Below are positions 39,861-53,121 of a DNA stretch of 64,000 nucleotides, piece after piece. Origin of the DNA: Dictyostelium discoideum (Eukaryota); assembly GCA_000004695.1 (NCBI GenBank), contig CM000151.3:4896001-4960000 (forward strand). The letters are read 5' to 3'. The translations under genes were made by a program, and so were the position numbers. The notes beneath the pieces are model-generated. The model did not search any database and was not told where the DNA came from. It saw nothing but the letters and a program-made list of their open reading frames with translations. Numbering within the stretch: position 1 is the stretch's first letter; every line of letters begins with the position of its first letter.

Positions 39861-40447
39861 GAATGATTAAAATAGGGAATACTAACGTTGCATTTGGTGG
39901 AATAACACCACCAGCACCTCTAGCACCATATCCAAAATCTGGGCTAATGGTTAATTTTGAGGTTTCACCAACTTTCATTTTAGCAACACCTTCATCCCAA
40001 CCTTTGATGACTTGACTATAAAGTTTTAGAGAGGGAAAAAAAAAAAATTAGAAAATTATGATTGGGATAGAGTTTAAAAAAAAAAAAAAATTATAGAATT
40101 TGCATACCCAGCCCCAAGTTTAAAATTAAATGGTTGGCCTCTCTTTCTTGATGAATCAAAAACGGTACCATTAGTTAAAGTACCTGCATGCTTTATTAAT
40201 AATTATAGAATAATATATATATATTGTGAATTAGTTTTTTTTTTTTTTTATTTGTTTATTTGATAATAAAAAAAAAAAAAACTTACATGTACAGTTACAT
40301 TTGAACCAACTGGTGGAATATTACCTTTACCTTCTTTAATAATTGTGATTTCAACACCCTGATTTTTTTAAAAAAAAAAAAAATATATATATATTAGATT
40401 TTAATTCATTGATCAAAACGTTTTGTTGTTCAAACTCAACTCACCAT
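39740..40447 (-). CDS. FKBP12-type peptidyl-prolyl cis-trans isomerase, 107 aa; complement(join(40445..40447,40287..40358,40108..40190,39887..40015,39740..39776))
   Basis: The first exon is the 3-nt ATG alone (atg|gtgagt). Exon 2 is [24 protein letters not shown] (donor gtaagt). Exon 3 is [28 protein letters not shown]. Exon 4 is [43 protein letters not shown] (donor ac|gttagt). Exon 5 is [11 protein letters not shown]. It matches yeast Fpr1 and human FKBP12 (..HYTGTLENGQKFDSS..GVGQVIKGWD..LTIP..YAYG.RG..G.IPPN.TLVFDVELL). The exon 2/3 junction gives VHHAGT instead of the canonical VHYTG, so it is uncertain by one codon. Confidence 0.7.
39796..39825 (-). repeat. Tandem duplicate of the FKBP terminal exon plus acceptor (tgattaattctacttcaaagaca(a)gtctat), lying in the last intron. 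It is frameshifted by a 1-nt deletion.
   Basis: 39744..39775 and 39796..39825 are direct repeats. The proximal copy behind acceptor aatag| would give ..NATLSLK*. Confidence 0.6.
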
Positions 40448-40527
40448 TGTTTTATTTATCAAGTTTGAATTATTTTGTTATGGAAAAATAAAAAAAAAAA
40501 AAGTCAAAAAAAAAAAAAAAAAAAAGT

Positions 40528-40565
<38 letters not shown>

Positions 40566-40736
40566 AAAATTAAAAAAAATTAAAAAAAACTTTTTTTTTT
40601 TTTGGTAACAACATCAACCTGTGGCTGCAATAAATAATACCTCAAATTGAAATAAAATAATTGTATCTTCCACAACTTTTAAAAGAATTCCAATTTATAA
40701 ATCAAAAGGTGTTCAAGTTTTAATTAATGTTTTACC

Positions 40737-41696
40737 TCATCTGAGAATTTTTTTCAAAAAACCCAGGATATTTATTTTATTTTTTTTTATAACCCCACTC
40801 ATTTTTTTTTTTTTTTTTTTTTTTGATCTCCAGATGATTTCTTTTGTTTGATTTATTGTTTTTATTATTATTATTATCTTTGTCATCATATTCATATCAT
40901 CACTATTATCAGTTTCACTATGATTGGTTTCATTATCAGTTTCACTATCATAGGTTTCATTATCATTTTCATTATTTGAACAAACGTTTGGGTTTGAATT
41001 TGTAGAGGATATTTGAGAAAAAGGTAATAGATCATATACACGATGGTTAGAGACATTTGAAAATATTGATAATATTTTAACATTGTATTTGGTATAAGAT
41101 CTTCTATTATTGATCCTATCGGGAGAATGTGTCAATCTATGGTATCTAAATGGTAAATTTTCATCAACACCATGTAATGCCAATGGAATGTTATAATTTC
41201 CACATTTGAATTGGTTATTCGCACAAATTTCAATATATTCATCAACGTTTAATGTTTGAACCCCTAATTTTGGAACATGTGGAGGCGACTTTTGATTTAT
41301 TGATTGGATATGATATTTCATATTAGATTTGATATAATTCCACATGTTTTTAATTGATTTTAAAAATTTTACATATAGGTTTTGGAAGAAATGATATAAC
41401 TCATAGGTAGAGCAATAACCAAACATAAAATAATGATTATCTAATAATTATTTGATGTTATTATTGTTATTTGATTTAATTAAATCAATTAATTCAATAA
41501 ATAGTGAATGATTGGAATTCTCAATTTGATATAGATCAGGAACTGAATCTTCCACAATATTAAAATTTGACAAACCTTGATATAATGGTAATTTGTGTGT
41601 ATTGATTTGGGGTGCTAGTTTCTTATCACCATTACTTGCCAACTTGTTGTTTAACCTAATAATTAAACGTCCATACCCATATTTATATGAGATCAA
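40737..41696 (-). CDS. Hypothetical protein(s): two adjacent minus-strand ORFs (41448..41696, 40737..41426) in different frames; possibly one gene with an unresolved junction
   Basis: Long ORFs with non-random composition (..CGNYNIPLALHGVDENLPFRYHRLTHSPDRINNRRSYTKYNV.., acidic NETYDSETDNET repeats). No homology was recognised. Confidence 0.3.
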
Positions 41697-42978
41697 TTCG
41701 ACTTTGTATAATACATGAAGGAAGCCTTTATGTATTATATGTATTAATGGCTCATTAATAAATCAGTGGGAGTGCATGTATCATCATGATCTTTTAAAAG
41801 TTGAGTGATTATTAAAATATAAATATTAAATGTATTTGGTACCAAATTCTTTAAATTGGAATTGAGGATTTACATTTTGACAATCATTTGTTTGAATTTT
41901 ATAAAATTGAATACCATTGATTAAAATACTTGATATTTTTGAAAATTGGATTCCTCCATAAGAATTATTAAATGAAAATCTTCAACCTTTGTATCAAATA
42001 TATAGTATTAAAATTATAAATAAATAATTTTGTAAAAAAAAAAAAAAAAAAAAAATTTTGGTATTGATTACAATAATAATTTGTTTAAAAAAAAAAGATT
42101 TATTTTATTGTTTTTACATACAGTTCAAGTAAATCTGTTTTAACAAGTATTCTTGATACTTCCTTTTTTTTACACAAACATACATACATGCTCTTTTATT
42201 TTTAAAATTATCTTGAAAATGTAACTGCATACCATTTGTTCCAATTAGAATATAATTTAAAAATTCGAAAAATATGTTCAGATTTTCTATCTTTTTTAAC
42301 TGCGTAATTTGCAATATCCAGTTTTTTAGTTGTATTTATTTCACCATAAATACCACGACTTTTTATCTTATTGAATGAAGTAAAATAGATGAATAACCAA
42401 TTTTTTCTTTATTTTTGTCATTGAGAGAAATCTTGATATTTTTTATTGCTGTTAGGATTCCACCATTAGAACATTGTTTACTTGAATTATAATTAAAGCT
42501 TTTTCATATAGATTTCTAATAGTATCGTAATATTAATCGCTACGTTTTTCTTTTGTAGCAAGTACACGTTCTCTTATTCCATCATCTGAAATTAATTTAA
42601 AAATCTGTTTGAACCTACACCATTATTATTTAAACAAATTTTCAATTGATTTAATAGTTTCCAAAAATAAATAAAAAATAAATAAAAATTTTAATATAAT
42701 TTAATTCTTTTAAAAAATAATATATTATATCATTGTGTACTTAAAATTCTAAAATATTATTAAAAAAAAAATTCATTATTATTTTTATTATTAATTTCAT
42801 AACTTATTAAATTTTGATTGTATAATTGTTCATTTTTTCTTTTAATTTCATTATTTTCTTCTATTGATTGGTTTTTGGATCAATTTCTTAAATAAATAAT
42901 ATTTGATGATAATATTTTTAGTTAAATTATCATTTTTATATTAAACGATGTGTTATTAAACACTAATTAATATTGTAT

Positions 42979-43014
<36 letters not shown>

Positions 43015-43439
43015 AAAAAAAAAAAAGAAAAAAAAAAAAAAAATTAATAAACACTTTTTTCCCTTTCTCATATATAAAAAAAAAAGAAAAAAAAAAAAAA
43101 AAAAACCTTTCAATCACATAGGGATACATTATTAAATTTTTTTTTAAATTCCTTTTTTTTAATTTTTAATTTTTTTTTATTATCACAAATATTTTCATCT
43201 TTTTCACCATTTGTTTTTTGGCAGGATAATTTTTTATATTTTTTTACTAATTGGGGTAGTTAAACAACCAATTGTTTTTTTTTTTTTTTTTTTTTGAAAT
43301 AATAAATAGAAGTTATGACATTATTTAATTAATTTTTAATAATCCATAACAAAATTAAATAACTATCTGCTGGTCTTTTTTGTATTTTTTTTCAACTTCG
43401 AATTAGGCTATAATGAATGGTAAAAGAAAACTGTCTACT

Positions 43440-43720
43440 GATCTTTTTTGTATTTTTTCAACTTTGAAAATTTAGGTTGCATTTGGTGGAATGACACCAC
43501 CAGCACCTCTAGCACCATTACCATAATCTGGGCTAATGGTTAATTTTCAGGTTTCACCATTTTCATTTTAGCAACACCTTCATCCCAACCTTTGATGATT
43601 TGACTAAATTTTAGAAAAAAAAAAAAAAAAAAATTAGAAAATTATGGGAAAAAAAAAAAAAAAAAGATTAAAGAATTTGCATACCAGCTCCAAGTTTAAA
43701 ATTACTAATTTGGGTTAAAA
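43440..43720 (-). pseudogene. Degenerate fragment of the FKBP gene (exon 4 and the 3' part of exon 3), about 90% identical with indels
   Basis: gttgcatttggtggaatgacaccaccagcacctctagcaccattaccataatctgggctaatggttaattttcaggtttcaccattttcattttagcaacaccttcatcccaacctttgatga aligns with 39888..40010. agaatttgcataccagctccaagtttaaaatta aligns with 40095..40130. Frameshifting indels are present. Confidence 0.55.
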
Positions 43721-43728
43721 TAAAACAA

Positions 43729-43762
<34 letters not shown>

Positions 43763-43913
43763 ATTATAATTATAATATCATAAATGGAAATTGATATTAT
43801 TTTTAAAAATCCATAATAAAATTAAAAAACATTCAAAATTGGTTTTTTTGAAATTTAAAAATAGGAAAAAAAAAATAAAAAAAATTAAAAAAAAAAAAAG
43901 TTTTAAATTTTTT

Positions 43914-43962
<49 letters not shown>

Positions 43963-43978
43963 CAATTGGAAAAAGATA

Positions 43979-44010
<32 letters not shown>

Positions 44011-44203
44011 ATTTTTTTATTTTTTAACGAAATAATTTATATGCGCGAAATTCGTTGATTAAAAAGAAATTATATTTAAAAATATTAAAAAAAAAAAAAA
44101 GAGTATTAATAATAGCACGCACATTCATTATTATTTATAAATTATAGTTCTTTTTTTTTTTTTAAAAAAAATATATAAAAAATAAAAATATAAAAATAAA
44201 AAA

Positions 44204-45715
44204 ATGGTATACATAACACCAAAGGGTAAAATAAATTTACCCAATTATAAAGGTGGTACAACCATTGATAAATCTATAATGTATCAATATGTAATCAGTC
44301 CTTCTTGTAATATTATAGTTGAATATTTTCCAAAAAATTTAGCGTAAAGTTTTTTTTATATTCTATTAAAAGAAAAATAAAAATAAAAATAAAAATACTA
44401 ATTCTCTTTTTAAAAAAAAATTAAAATAAAAATAAAAATAAAAATAAAAACCACACACACACTCTAAAAATAAAAATTTATAGACCAAATTTAGTATGTA
44501 TTAATTGATTTACCTTTATAATAAATAAATAAATAAACTAATATATATATATATATATATATTTTTTTTTTTTTTAAAAAATTTAGATTACAGCAATTGG
44601 ATTATTTTGTAATTTTTTAGGATTGTTTTCAGTATTTTATTTTATTGGATTTAATGAGAGTATTGGAGGTAATAAACCAACATTAGAGGATGATAGTTCA
44701 GTTAGATGGGTTTATTTATTTGCAGGAATGATGATATTCATTTATATGATGATGGACAATATCGATGGTAAACAAGCAAGAAGAACAAAAACATCATCCC
44801 CATTGGGTGAATTATTCGACCACGGATGCGACTCGTTATGCACTGGACTGCTTCCATTGATAGTCGGTATTTCGATGGGTATTCGTAGCTGGGAGATCCT
44901 AATTGCATTTATGGCAGCCACAATACCATTCTACTTAGCCCACTGGGAGGAATACTTCACCCACCATCTTGTATTGGGCGCATTGAATGGCCCAACCGAG
45001 GCAGAGTGTATGGCAATATTGTTCTGTTTCCTCACTGGTATATTTGGTCAATGGATTTGGTTCATAAAGATTGATTTCAGTGTACTCACATTCAACCATA
45101 TCCAATACACAGGTCAATTGAATGAAATGATCTTTTTCGCTATGGCAATAATCTCATTCGTTACAGCATTTCAAAATATTTTAACATCAACTAAAAAAGC
45201 AATAGATATGAAAATTAGTTTATTCACTGCTTATTCACAACCAATTCCATTCATTATCTTTTTTTGCTCTGAATTTATTTGGTTAAAATTATCACCTTCT
45301 TTATTTTTAACTTATCCAATAATTCATATATTAAGTTTAACTTTTATTTTCTCATATGTAGTTGTAAGTTCAAAAATTATTTACTTTTTTTAAATTTACT
45401 ATACAAATATTAACATAATTTTTAAATATATATATATAGTGTCGTTGTATTGTTCAAAGAATTTGTCAAGAAGATTTTAGATTATTTTATAAACCATTAA
45501 TATTTTTAATTGGTTGTGTTTTAAATACAGCAGCTAAAGTTTATTTGAATATTGAAATTTTGGATGAACAAATTTCAGTATTATTATTATTTGCTATTAG
45601 TTTAGGTTTCATGTTCCATTTTACATATAGTATCATTCAAGAAATGTGTTTAGTTTTAAAAATTAATGCATTTACAATTCCATCATCATCACCACCAATT
45701 AAAAAATTAAATTAA
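44204..45715 (+). CDS. CDP-alcohol phosphotransferase (choline/ethanolamine phosphotransferase, CEPT1/CPT1-like); join(44204..44341 or 44343,44587..45363,45440..45715), about 396 aa
   Basis: The catalytic motif [28 protein letters not shown] matches DG(x)2AR(x)8G(x)3D(x)3D. The N-terminal ..FPKNL|ITAIGLF matches the CEPT1 PNLIT.IG motif. The C-terminal exon (donor gtt|gtaagt, acceptor tatag|tgt) gives ..[34 protein letters not shown].. The first junction needs a non-canonical GC donor to keep frame (see finding). Confidence 0.7.
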
Positions 45716-45789
45716 TTTTTAAAAAAATAAAAAATAAAGATTTAAAATATTTAATTAAAATATTATTTTTGTGTGTGTTTGTGTGTGTT

Positions 45790-47798
45790 TTAATTTTTAT
45801 TTATTTTTAAATGATTTGTTATTAAATTAATTGAATTTTCAATTTTTGATAATCTATTGGAATGATTTGTTAATATATTTTCAATTGAATTTAATTTATT
45901 TAAAATTAAATTTTGAATATTTAATAATGATGTTGATGTTGATGGTGATAATTCTAAATTTGAAGAATTTTCATTTTCATTATTTTTTAAATTTGATTTA
46001 ATTGGTTCAATAGATTCAGTTGATATAAATAATGAAATTTTCCAATTTGAAGTTGATCTAAATGATAATCCAATACCTTTTTCATTTAATTTTTCACCAC
46101 CTATTATATATAATTTATTATCTGATAAAATTGATAACCCTTTTGATTTATATTTTGAAAATTCATTATCATTATTATTATCAATTGATAGTAGTTTATT
46201 ATTATTATTTTCAATTATTATTGAATTTTCATTTTCATTTCCATTTTTTAAAATTTTAAATAATTGAATATATTTTGAAAATGTTGATGTAATACCAATT
46301 AAATCATTTTCATAATTTAATGTTAATATATTAGGTGTCAATATATTAATATTTAATTTTATTTTATCTAAATTTTTAATTTCAATTTTATTTTTATTTT
46401 CATCACTGTTAATATAAATTTTAAATAATAATAAATATGATCCTTTTTCTTTTATTGATTTTTTATTTATTGTTTCAATTGGTTCATTTGATGATGATGA
46501 TGATGATGATGATTCACTTTCAATACTTATTAAAGGTTTTGAAATTAATGTATTGGTTTTATTATTAATAGTTGATTGGTTAACCATAAATAATGATTCA
46601 ATTATAGAATTATTATTATTATTATTATTTGATTTAATAAATTGAACTTCTTTTTCTTCTTCTTCTTCTTCAACTTCCTCAATGGTATTTTCTTCAAATA
46701 ATTTTATTGATGGTTTTGAAATTGATGGTAATTTTAATATAGGTTCCATATATGTTGTTGCAGTTGTAGTTGTTTGAATTGAAGGATATGAAGTTATTAT
46801 AAAGTTTTCATTATCAATCCATTCTACTCTTAAAAAATCATTATTTATATCATCTATTTCTTCTTCTTCTTCTTCTCCTTCTTCTTTTTCATATATAAAT
46901 AATAAATTATTAAAATTAATTTCATTAAATGAATTCCATTTTAATAAAAATATTTTTTTATTTGTTATCCTTTAAATTGGTTTAAAAAAATATAAAATTA
47001 ATTTTAATATACAAATAAATAATAAAAATTAAAATTAATAATAATAATAAAAATAATAATAATAATGAAACTTACAATAGTAAAATTAAACCATTATTTG
47101 ACCATTTTAAATCAATTATTGGTGATGATGTTATTGAAAAAAATTGATTTTTTAATAAAGTTTCAATTGATGACATTTCATATTTTATATTATTATTATT
47201 TTCATCATTAATATTTTTAAAAATATAAATTTTATCATTTGTAATTAATGTGATTGTATTATTACATATATTATAATCATCAATTGTTTTATTTGTGAAT
47301 GAATAATTATTATTTTCATTTTCGTCAATTAATAAATTTTTTAATAATATCCATTCATTTGATTCTTTAATAAATTTAAATAAAAAAAATCTATTATTAT
47401 TAAATGCATAAATTAAATTACTATTTTTAATAATTTTAAAATTTATTATCCTTTTTTTTTTTTTAAAAGATTTAAGAAATTAAAAAAATTAATATTAATT
47501 ATTTAAAAAATTGGAAAAATAAAAAAAAAACACAATACTTGTATTCAAAAATAATTGATTTAATTTTCAATGGTGGTGAATCAAAAATTTGTAAAAAATT
47601 TAAACAGTAATAATCATTTTCTCCTTGGTGTTTTATTGGCCACACTAAATATGGATTAATCCTTTGTTTATCACTTGGATGATAAAAAGTGTTAAATGAA
47701 TTAGTTTTATTATTTATACTACCGCCACCACCACCACTTCCACTATTATTTAAAAGTGTACATTCATTATCTATAACATTTTTAATTTTAATTTTCAT
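45790..47798 (-). CDS. Hypothetical Asn-rich protein, 604 aa; complement(join(47539..47798,47076..47450,45790..46969))
   Basis: Exon 1 is MKIKIKNVIDNECTLLNNSGSGGGGGS..IIFEY(aa), with donor gtattg. Exon 2 (acceptor aaaag|g) ends ..LILL(tt), donor gtaagt. Exon 3 (acceptor aaag|g) continues in frame into the 319-aa ORF (..MEPILKLPS..LYIIGGEKLNEKG..). All phases were checked. No homology was recognised. Confidence 0.5.
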
Positions 47799-47987
47799 CA
47801 GTATTTTGATTGTTTTTTAAGTGAAAAGAAAAAAAAAAAAAAATGTAGATAACACAGTTTGGAACAGTCCGAAAAAAAAAAAAAAAAAGTTATTTTTATT
47901 TTTTTTTTTTTTATTTTTCACTAAAGGTCTTTTTTTGTTTTTATTTTGAAATAATTGTTTTTACTTCGATTTCAAAGCTTTTTTTTT

Positions 47988-48021
<34 letters not shown>

Positions 48022-48597
48022 ACTGCGGAATGAAAATAAAAAAAAAATTAAAAAAAATTAATAAAAAATAAAAAACAATAAAAAAGGATTTTCATAACGG
48101 TTGAAATCAATCAGTTGGTAAAAAAAAAAAAAAAAAAAAAAAATTTAAAAAAAAAAAAAAAAAATCTTGCAGCTGTATTTTTTTTTTTTTATTTTTTTAT
48201 TTATTTTTTTTTTTTTTTAAGCTGTTGTAAATAATAAAATTGTAATATTAAAATAATAAAATAAAAAAACAAACACTTCCTTTAAAGGTAAAATAAAAAT
48301 TATCAAACAACATTTATTTTCCATTTTATTTTTTTTATTTTATTTTTTATTTTTTATTTTTTATTTTTTATTTTTATTCCAATGAAACAATAATATGATC
48401 ATAATTTAGATTCAATAAGATTTTATCTTCAAGAGTTTTCTATTATATATAAATCGGACATTACCATTAAAAAAAAAAAAAAAAAAAAACAAAAAAAACA
48501 AAAAAAAAATTTTTAATACTTAGGGCGAGATAAATAATTACTGCAAATCACCCCTTTTTTTTTTTTTTTTCCTTTTTTTATTTTTATTTTTATTTTT

Positions 48598-48634
<37 letters not shown>

Positions 48635-48780
48635 CAAAATTATTATTATTATTATTATTTTTTTTATTTTTTTTATTTATTTATTAAATTTTTAATTGGT
48701 ATCTTTTTTTAACATCACACATATATTTTAATATATACATCCACCTCTCTCACTAATATTGTAACGATTTTTTTTTTTAA

Positions 48781-48846
48781 CAAAATAAAATAAAATAAAA
48801 TAAAATAAAATAAAATAAAATAAAATAAAATAAAATAAAATAAAAT
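48781..48846. repeat. (AAAAT)n, about 13 units, in the divergent intergenic region
   Basis: aaaataaaataaaat... run. Confidence 0.8.
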
Positions 48847-49317
48847 AAAATAAAAATAAAAAAAAAAAAAAAATAAAAAAAAAAAAAAAAATAAAATAAA
48901 ATTAAAATTTAAAAAAAAAAAAAAAACCACACACAAAACCCATTCTTATATTAACCTTAATTTTAATTAATCTATTTTAGGATATTATTTAGGTTATAAA
49001 CTTTCAAGTTTTATAATAAAAATAAAGAAAAAAAGAAAGAAATAATATTTATTATAATAGTAAAGGATTTTTAAAATTTTTTTTTTTTTTTTTTTTTTAA
49101 AATTTTTTATTTTTTTTATTATTATTTTTTCCAACAATTAACAACACACCACACCAAAAATAATTTTTTTTTTTTTAAAACCCAAAAAAAAAAAAAACCC
49201 AAAAAAAAACAAATAATAATAATATTGTGTAAATAATAATAATAATAATAAAATTTAAATATTGTATATTAATAATAGTCAGTTATAATAACTATAATAT
49301 AAAAATAACAGTTTTAA

Positions 49318-52300
49318 ATGATGGAGTTGTCAACTGAAGACAATTCACAAACCAATAATAATAATAATAATAATAGTAATAATAGTAATACAAATAGTGA
49401 ACAAATTAAAGAACCAAATTGTAATAGTAATAATAGTAATAATAATAATAGTAATAATTTAAATAATTCAATAATATCGGACTTATCAACACCAGGAAAT
49501 AATATAATACAAGTTAAAATGGATGAAGAAAGTCAATCATCACAATCGATATCAGAATCATCAACGCCTACAATCATAGGAAATCAAAAGGATGAAGTAG
49601 TAACATCATCAAATAATTCATCACCATTAACTCAATCACAACAAACCAATACATTATCAGAATCAACTGAATTAAAAGTATCATCGCAAACAGCAACTAA
49701 AGAAACATCAGACTCTTCACCACCAACAGGTGAGGGTTCATCATTAACACCTCAAAATTCTGTTTCACCATTAACAGGATCAAGAGATATCGATTCACAA
49801 CATGATGGTGGTGGTAGTATTCATTCATCATCACCACCACCACCACTATCAACAACATCAAGTGAACCAAGTGAATCATCTTTACCACAAACTTTAACTT
49901 CATCAATTCCATCAATTCCAATACCAAATAATACTTCAACAACAACAACAACCACTACCACTACTACTACTAATACAACTACAACACCATTATCATCATC
50001 AACAACAATAACAAAACCACCATCATTATCATCAAGTGTTGAAAAACAATATCCACCACCAATTACAGGTAATCCAAGATTAAATTTATTAAATAATGGT
50101 GGTAGTGGTAATAGATCAACCAATGGATTGGACGTACATAAATATAGAACATTTATAGGATCTAAATTACAATCAACCAATGTAAAAGATGATCCTTTAG
50201 CAGAGGAAATGATCTATTTACCAAAGGATGATCTATCATTTTCAAAAGTTGAAGCATATCATCGTATCATTTCAACAGCTATGAGTTTACCACCTGGTAT
50301 ACCACCCGAATATTTCAATCCTTTTGAATTTAATCAACATGTTAAAACTTCAATCGATACCTTTAATGCACCACGTAAAACTATAACTAGAAATTATGAA
50401 AAATTTAAAAAGGATCAAGATCGTTTAATAATTATAAATAATTCACCATCAATATCACAACAACAACAACTTCAAAATGGTTTAATATCAGCAAATACTA
50501 GTTTTTATATAGGTAGTACAAGTGCTACTAGTATCAATGGTGGTAATAGTAATAATAATAGTTTTTTAGATTATTTTAATAATAGTAAAGAAAATAGTAG
50601 TGGTTTGAGTAATACAAATTTAAATTCAAATAGTATTTTAAATGATAAATATGAATGTGATATAGTTTATGAAAAGGAGTTATTAAATTCAAAATTAGCG
50701 ACAGTACAATCATCAACTGGTAGAAACAGTGGTGGAGTTATAGATGAGAAAGATTTACCACCAAGTTGGGCAGAGTCATCAGATGAATTACATTTTGAAT
50801 ATCAACAACCCATTACATCCGATATAGAGTTGGAGAATCAGGAACAAAGAAAACGTCAACGTCATCATGGTTTCTTTAAATATTATAAACCAGACTATAA
50901 TTGGGGATCAGGTACAGAGGTATCACTTTGTAATAGAACCATAGTTGATCCATGGAAAAAATCAAATTCAATCAGTGTATTATTGGAATTCAAAGGTTTA
51001 GTATTTCTATTGGGTGAACATGAACCATTCTATTGTCAAATGTTTTTATATGATTCTGTTAATAAATGTAGATTAAGTGAATCATTTCATTTTGATTTCA
51101 ATCCTGAAAGATTGAAATTATTAGTTGATAATGGTAATATTAAATCAAATTCAATTACAAATGATAAAAATAATAGCAATCCAGAATCTGATTCATCATC
51201 ATCCACATCTTCATCATCATCAGTGGCAGCAGCAAATACAAATCCTTCAACACCAGATTATTTAACACAATGTAGACATGTTTTAGTATCATTACCAGTG
51301 AAACAACAAAAGGATATTTGGATAGTTGTTAAAATTAATAAAGTTATGCAAGGTGATCCAGATGTAATCAAAGAACCTTATACCAAATTGGATGAGAAAG
51401 AAATTGGTAAATCTAAAGTAAAAGTTTCAACAACCATTCAAGATATTGGTAAAAGATTGGGTAGATTTCATCAACCATTCTCAATTACTACTTTACCATT
51501 AACAAATGAAGGTGGTTTTGTTAAACCTGGTACTGTGGAATGTGATCTCTATAAACAAGTTCCAAAGGATTTATCTGATCTTCAAGATTTAATCACTGAT
51601 ATTAAAGATCCTTCAAAGAAAAAGAAATTAAAAACTTTATTAGGTGCTTTCACTTGTGTAGTTCATAAAACTGAAGGTGAATTACCACCATATGGTCAAC
51701 GTTTAGATCCATCTTATAATTTTATTAAATCTTCTGAACCTTATAATAATGCAAATCAAATTGATTCTAATAAATCATATAATAATAATAATCAAAATAA
51801 TCAAAATAATAATAATAATAGTAATAGTACAAATACTTCATCAGATAATGTACCACAACAATCACCAGCAATTTTAATTACACCAGATTGTACACCACCA
51901 TTTAAATCAATTAATCCACAAGTTGCATTATCAATGTCATCATTAAATTCACTTACAACAACAACAACAACACCACCAACAAATAATAATAATACTACAA
52001 CAACAACAAATACAACAACAAATACAACAAATGAAAATAATCAACAACCAGATTTATCACCAACATTATCACCAAGAAGACAATTACAACATTCATCATC
52101 ATATTCAAATAGTATTAAACGTGTTAATACATTAGCAGCACTTAATCCAGTTATACCAGCAATTAGAGAGATTCAATGTTTTTCAAAGTATCCAGAATTA
52201 ATACCACATTATCAACAATTTAATAATCTTTATATTTATCCAGAAACTGTTTGTTTAAATAAAGCTCATGGTAGAAATATATCAATAAAGATTGAAATAC

Positions 52301-53090
52301 GAGAAGATGATTCAGTAGTTGGTGGTCAAGCATTGAAATTAATTTATGGTAAATCATCATGTCAAAGATTCCAATCGGTATTTCATACAGAAACTCATTA
52401 TCATAATAAGAATCCAATATTCTTTGATGAGATTAAAGCTAAGTTACCACCTATTTTACCATCGAAATTACATATACTATTCACATTTTATCATATAGTT
52501 TGTAAAGTTGGTAAAAGAGATGAAGTATCAGAGAATATCATTGGTTTCTCTGCATTGCCTCTATATAGAGAGAAGAAATTCGTTGATAATGGTCCACACT
52601 CATTACCATTGGCAATTGGTCCACCTAAAAGTGGTTATCTTGGTAGAATGACTGAAGGAGATTATGTACTCTTGGAGAATGGTAAAAGTTTATTCAAATT
52701 TGATCTAAAATTAAATTCAAGTCTTTTCCCTCAAAACACTCATTTAAACAAATTTTTATTACAATCAAAAGATGAAAAAGAATTAACCAATTGCTTAAAT
52801 CATTTCCATTTATTCGATCCATTAGAATCAATTAAATTCTTCCCTGTAATTATGAATCATTTACTTTATGTACTTTGTAATAGAGAGAGTACTGTTGGTT
52901 CAACTGCAATTAAAGCTTTATTGGTTTTACTCTCAAAAATTCAATCATACCTTGAAGATTCAAATATTCGTGTACCATTATTATCATCTTATATAACTCA
53001 TATTTTTGATAATCCACCTGATACAAAAATACCTGTTCATACTGCATTATGTACAAGATTAGTTTTATTTTTAATGAGAAAAAGAGTAAG

Positions 53091-53121
<31 letters not shown>

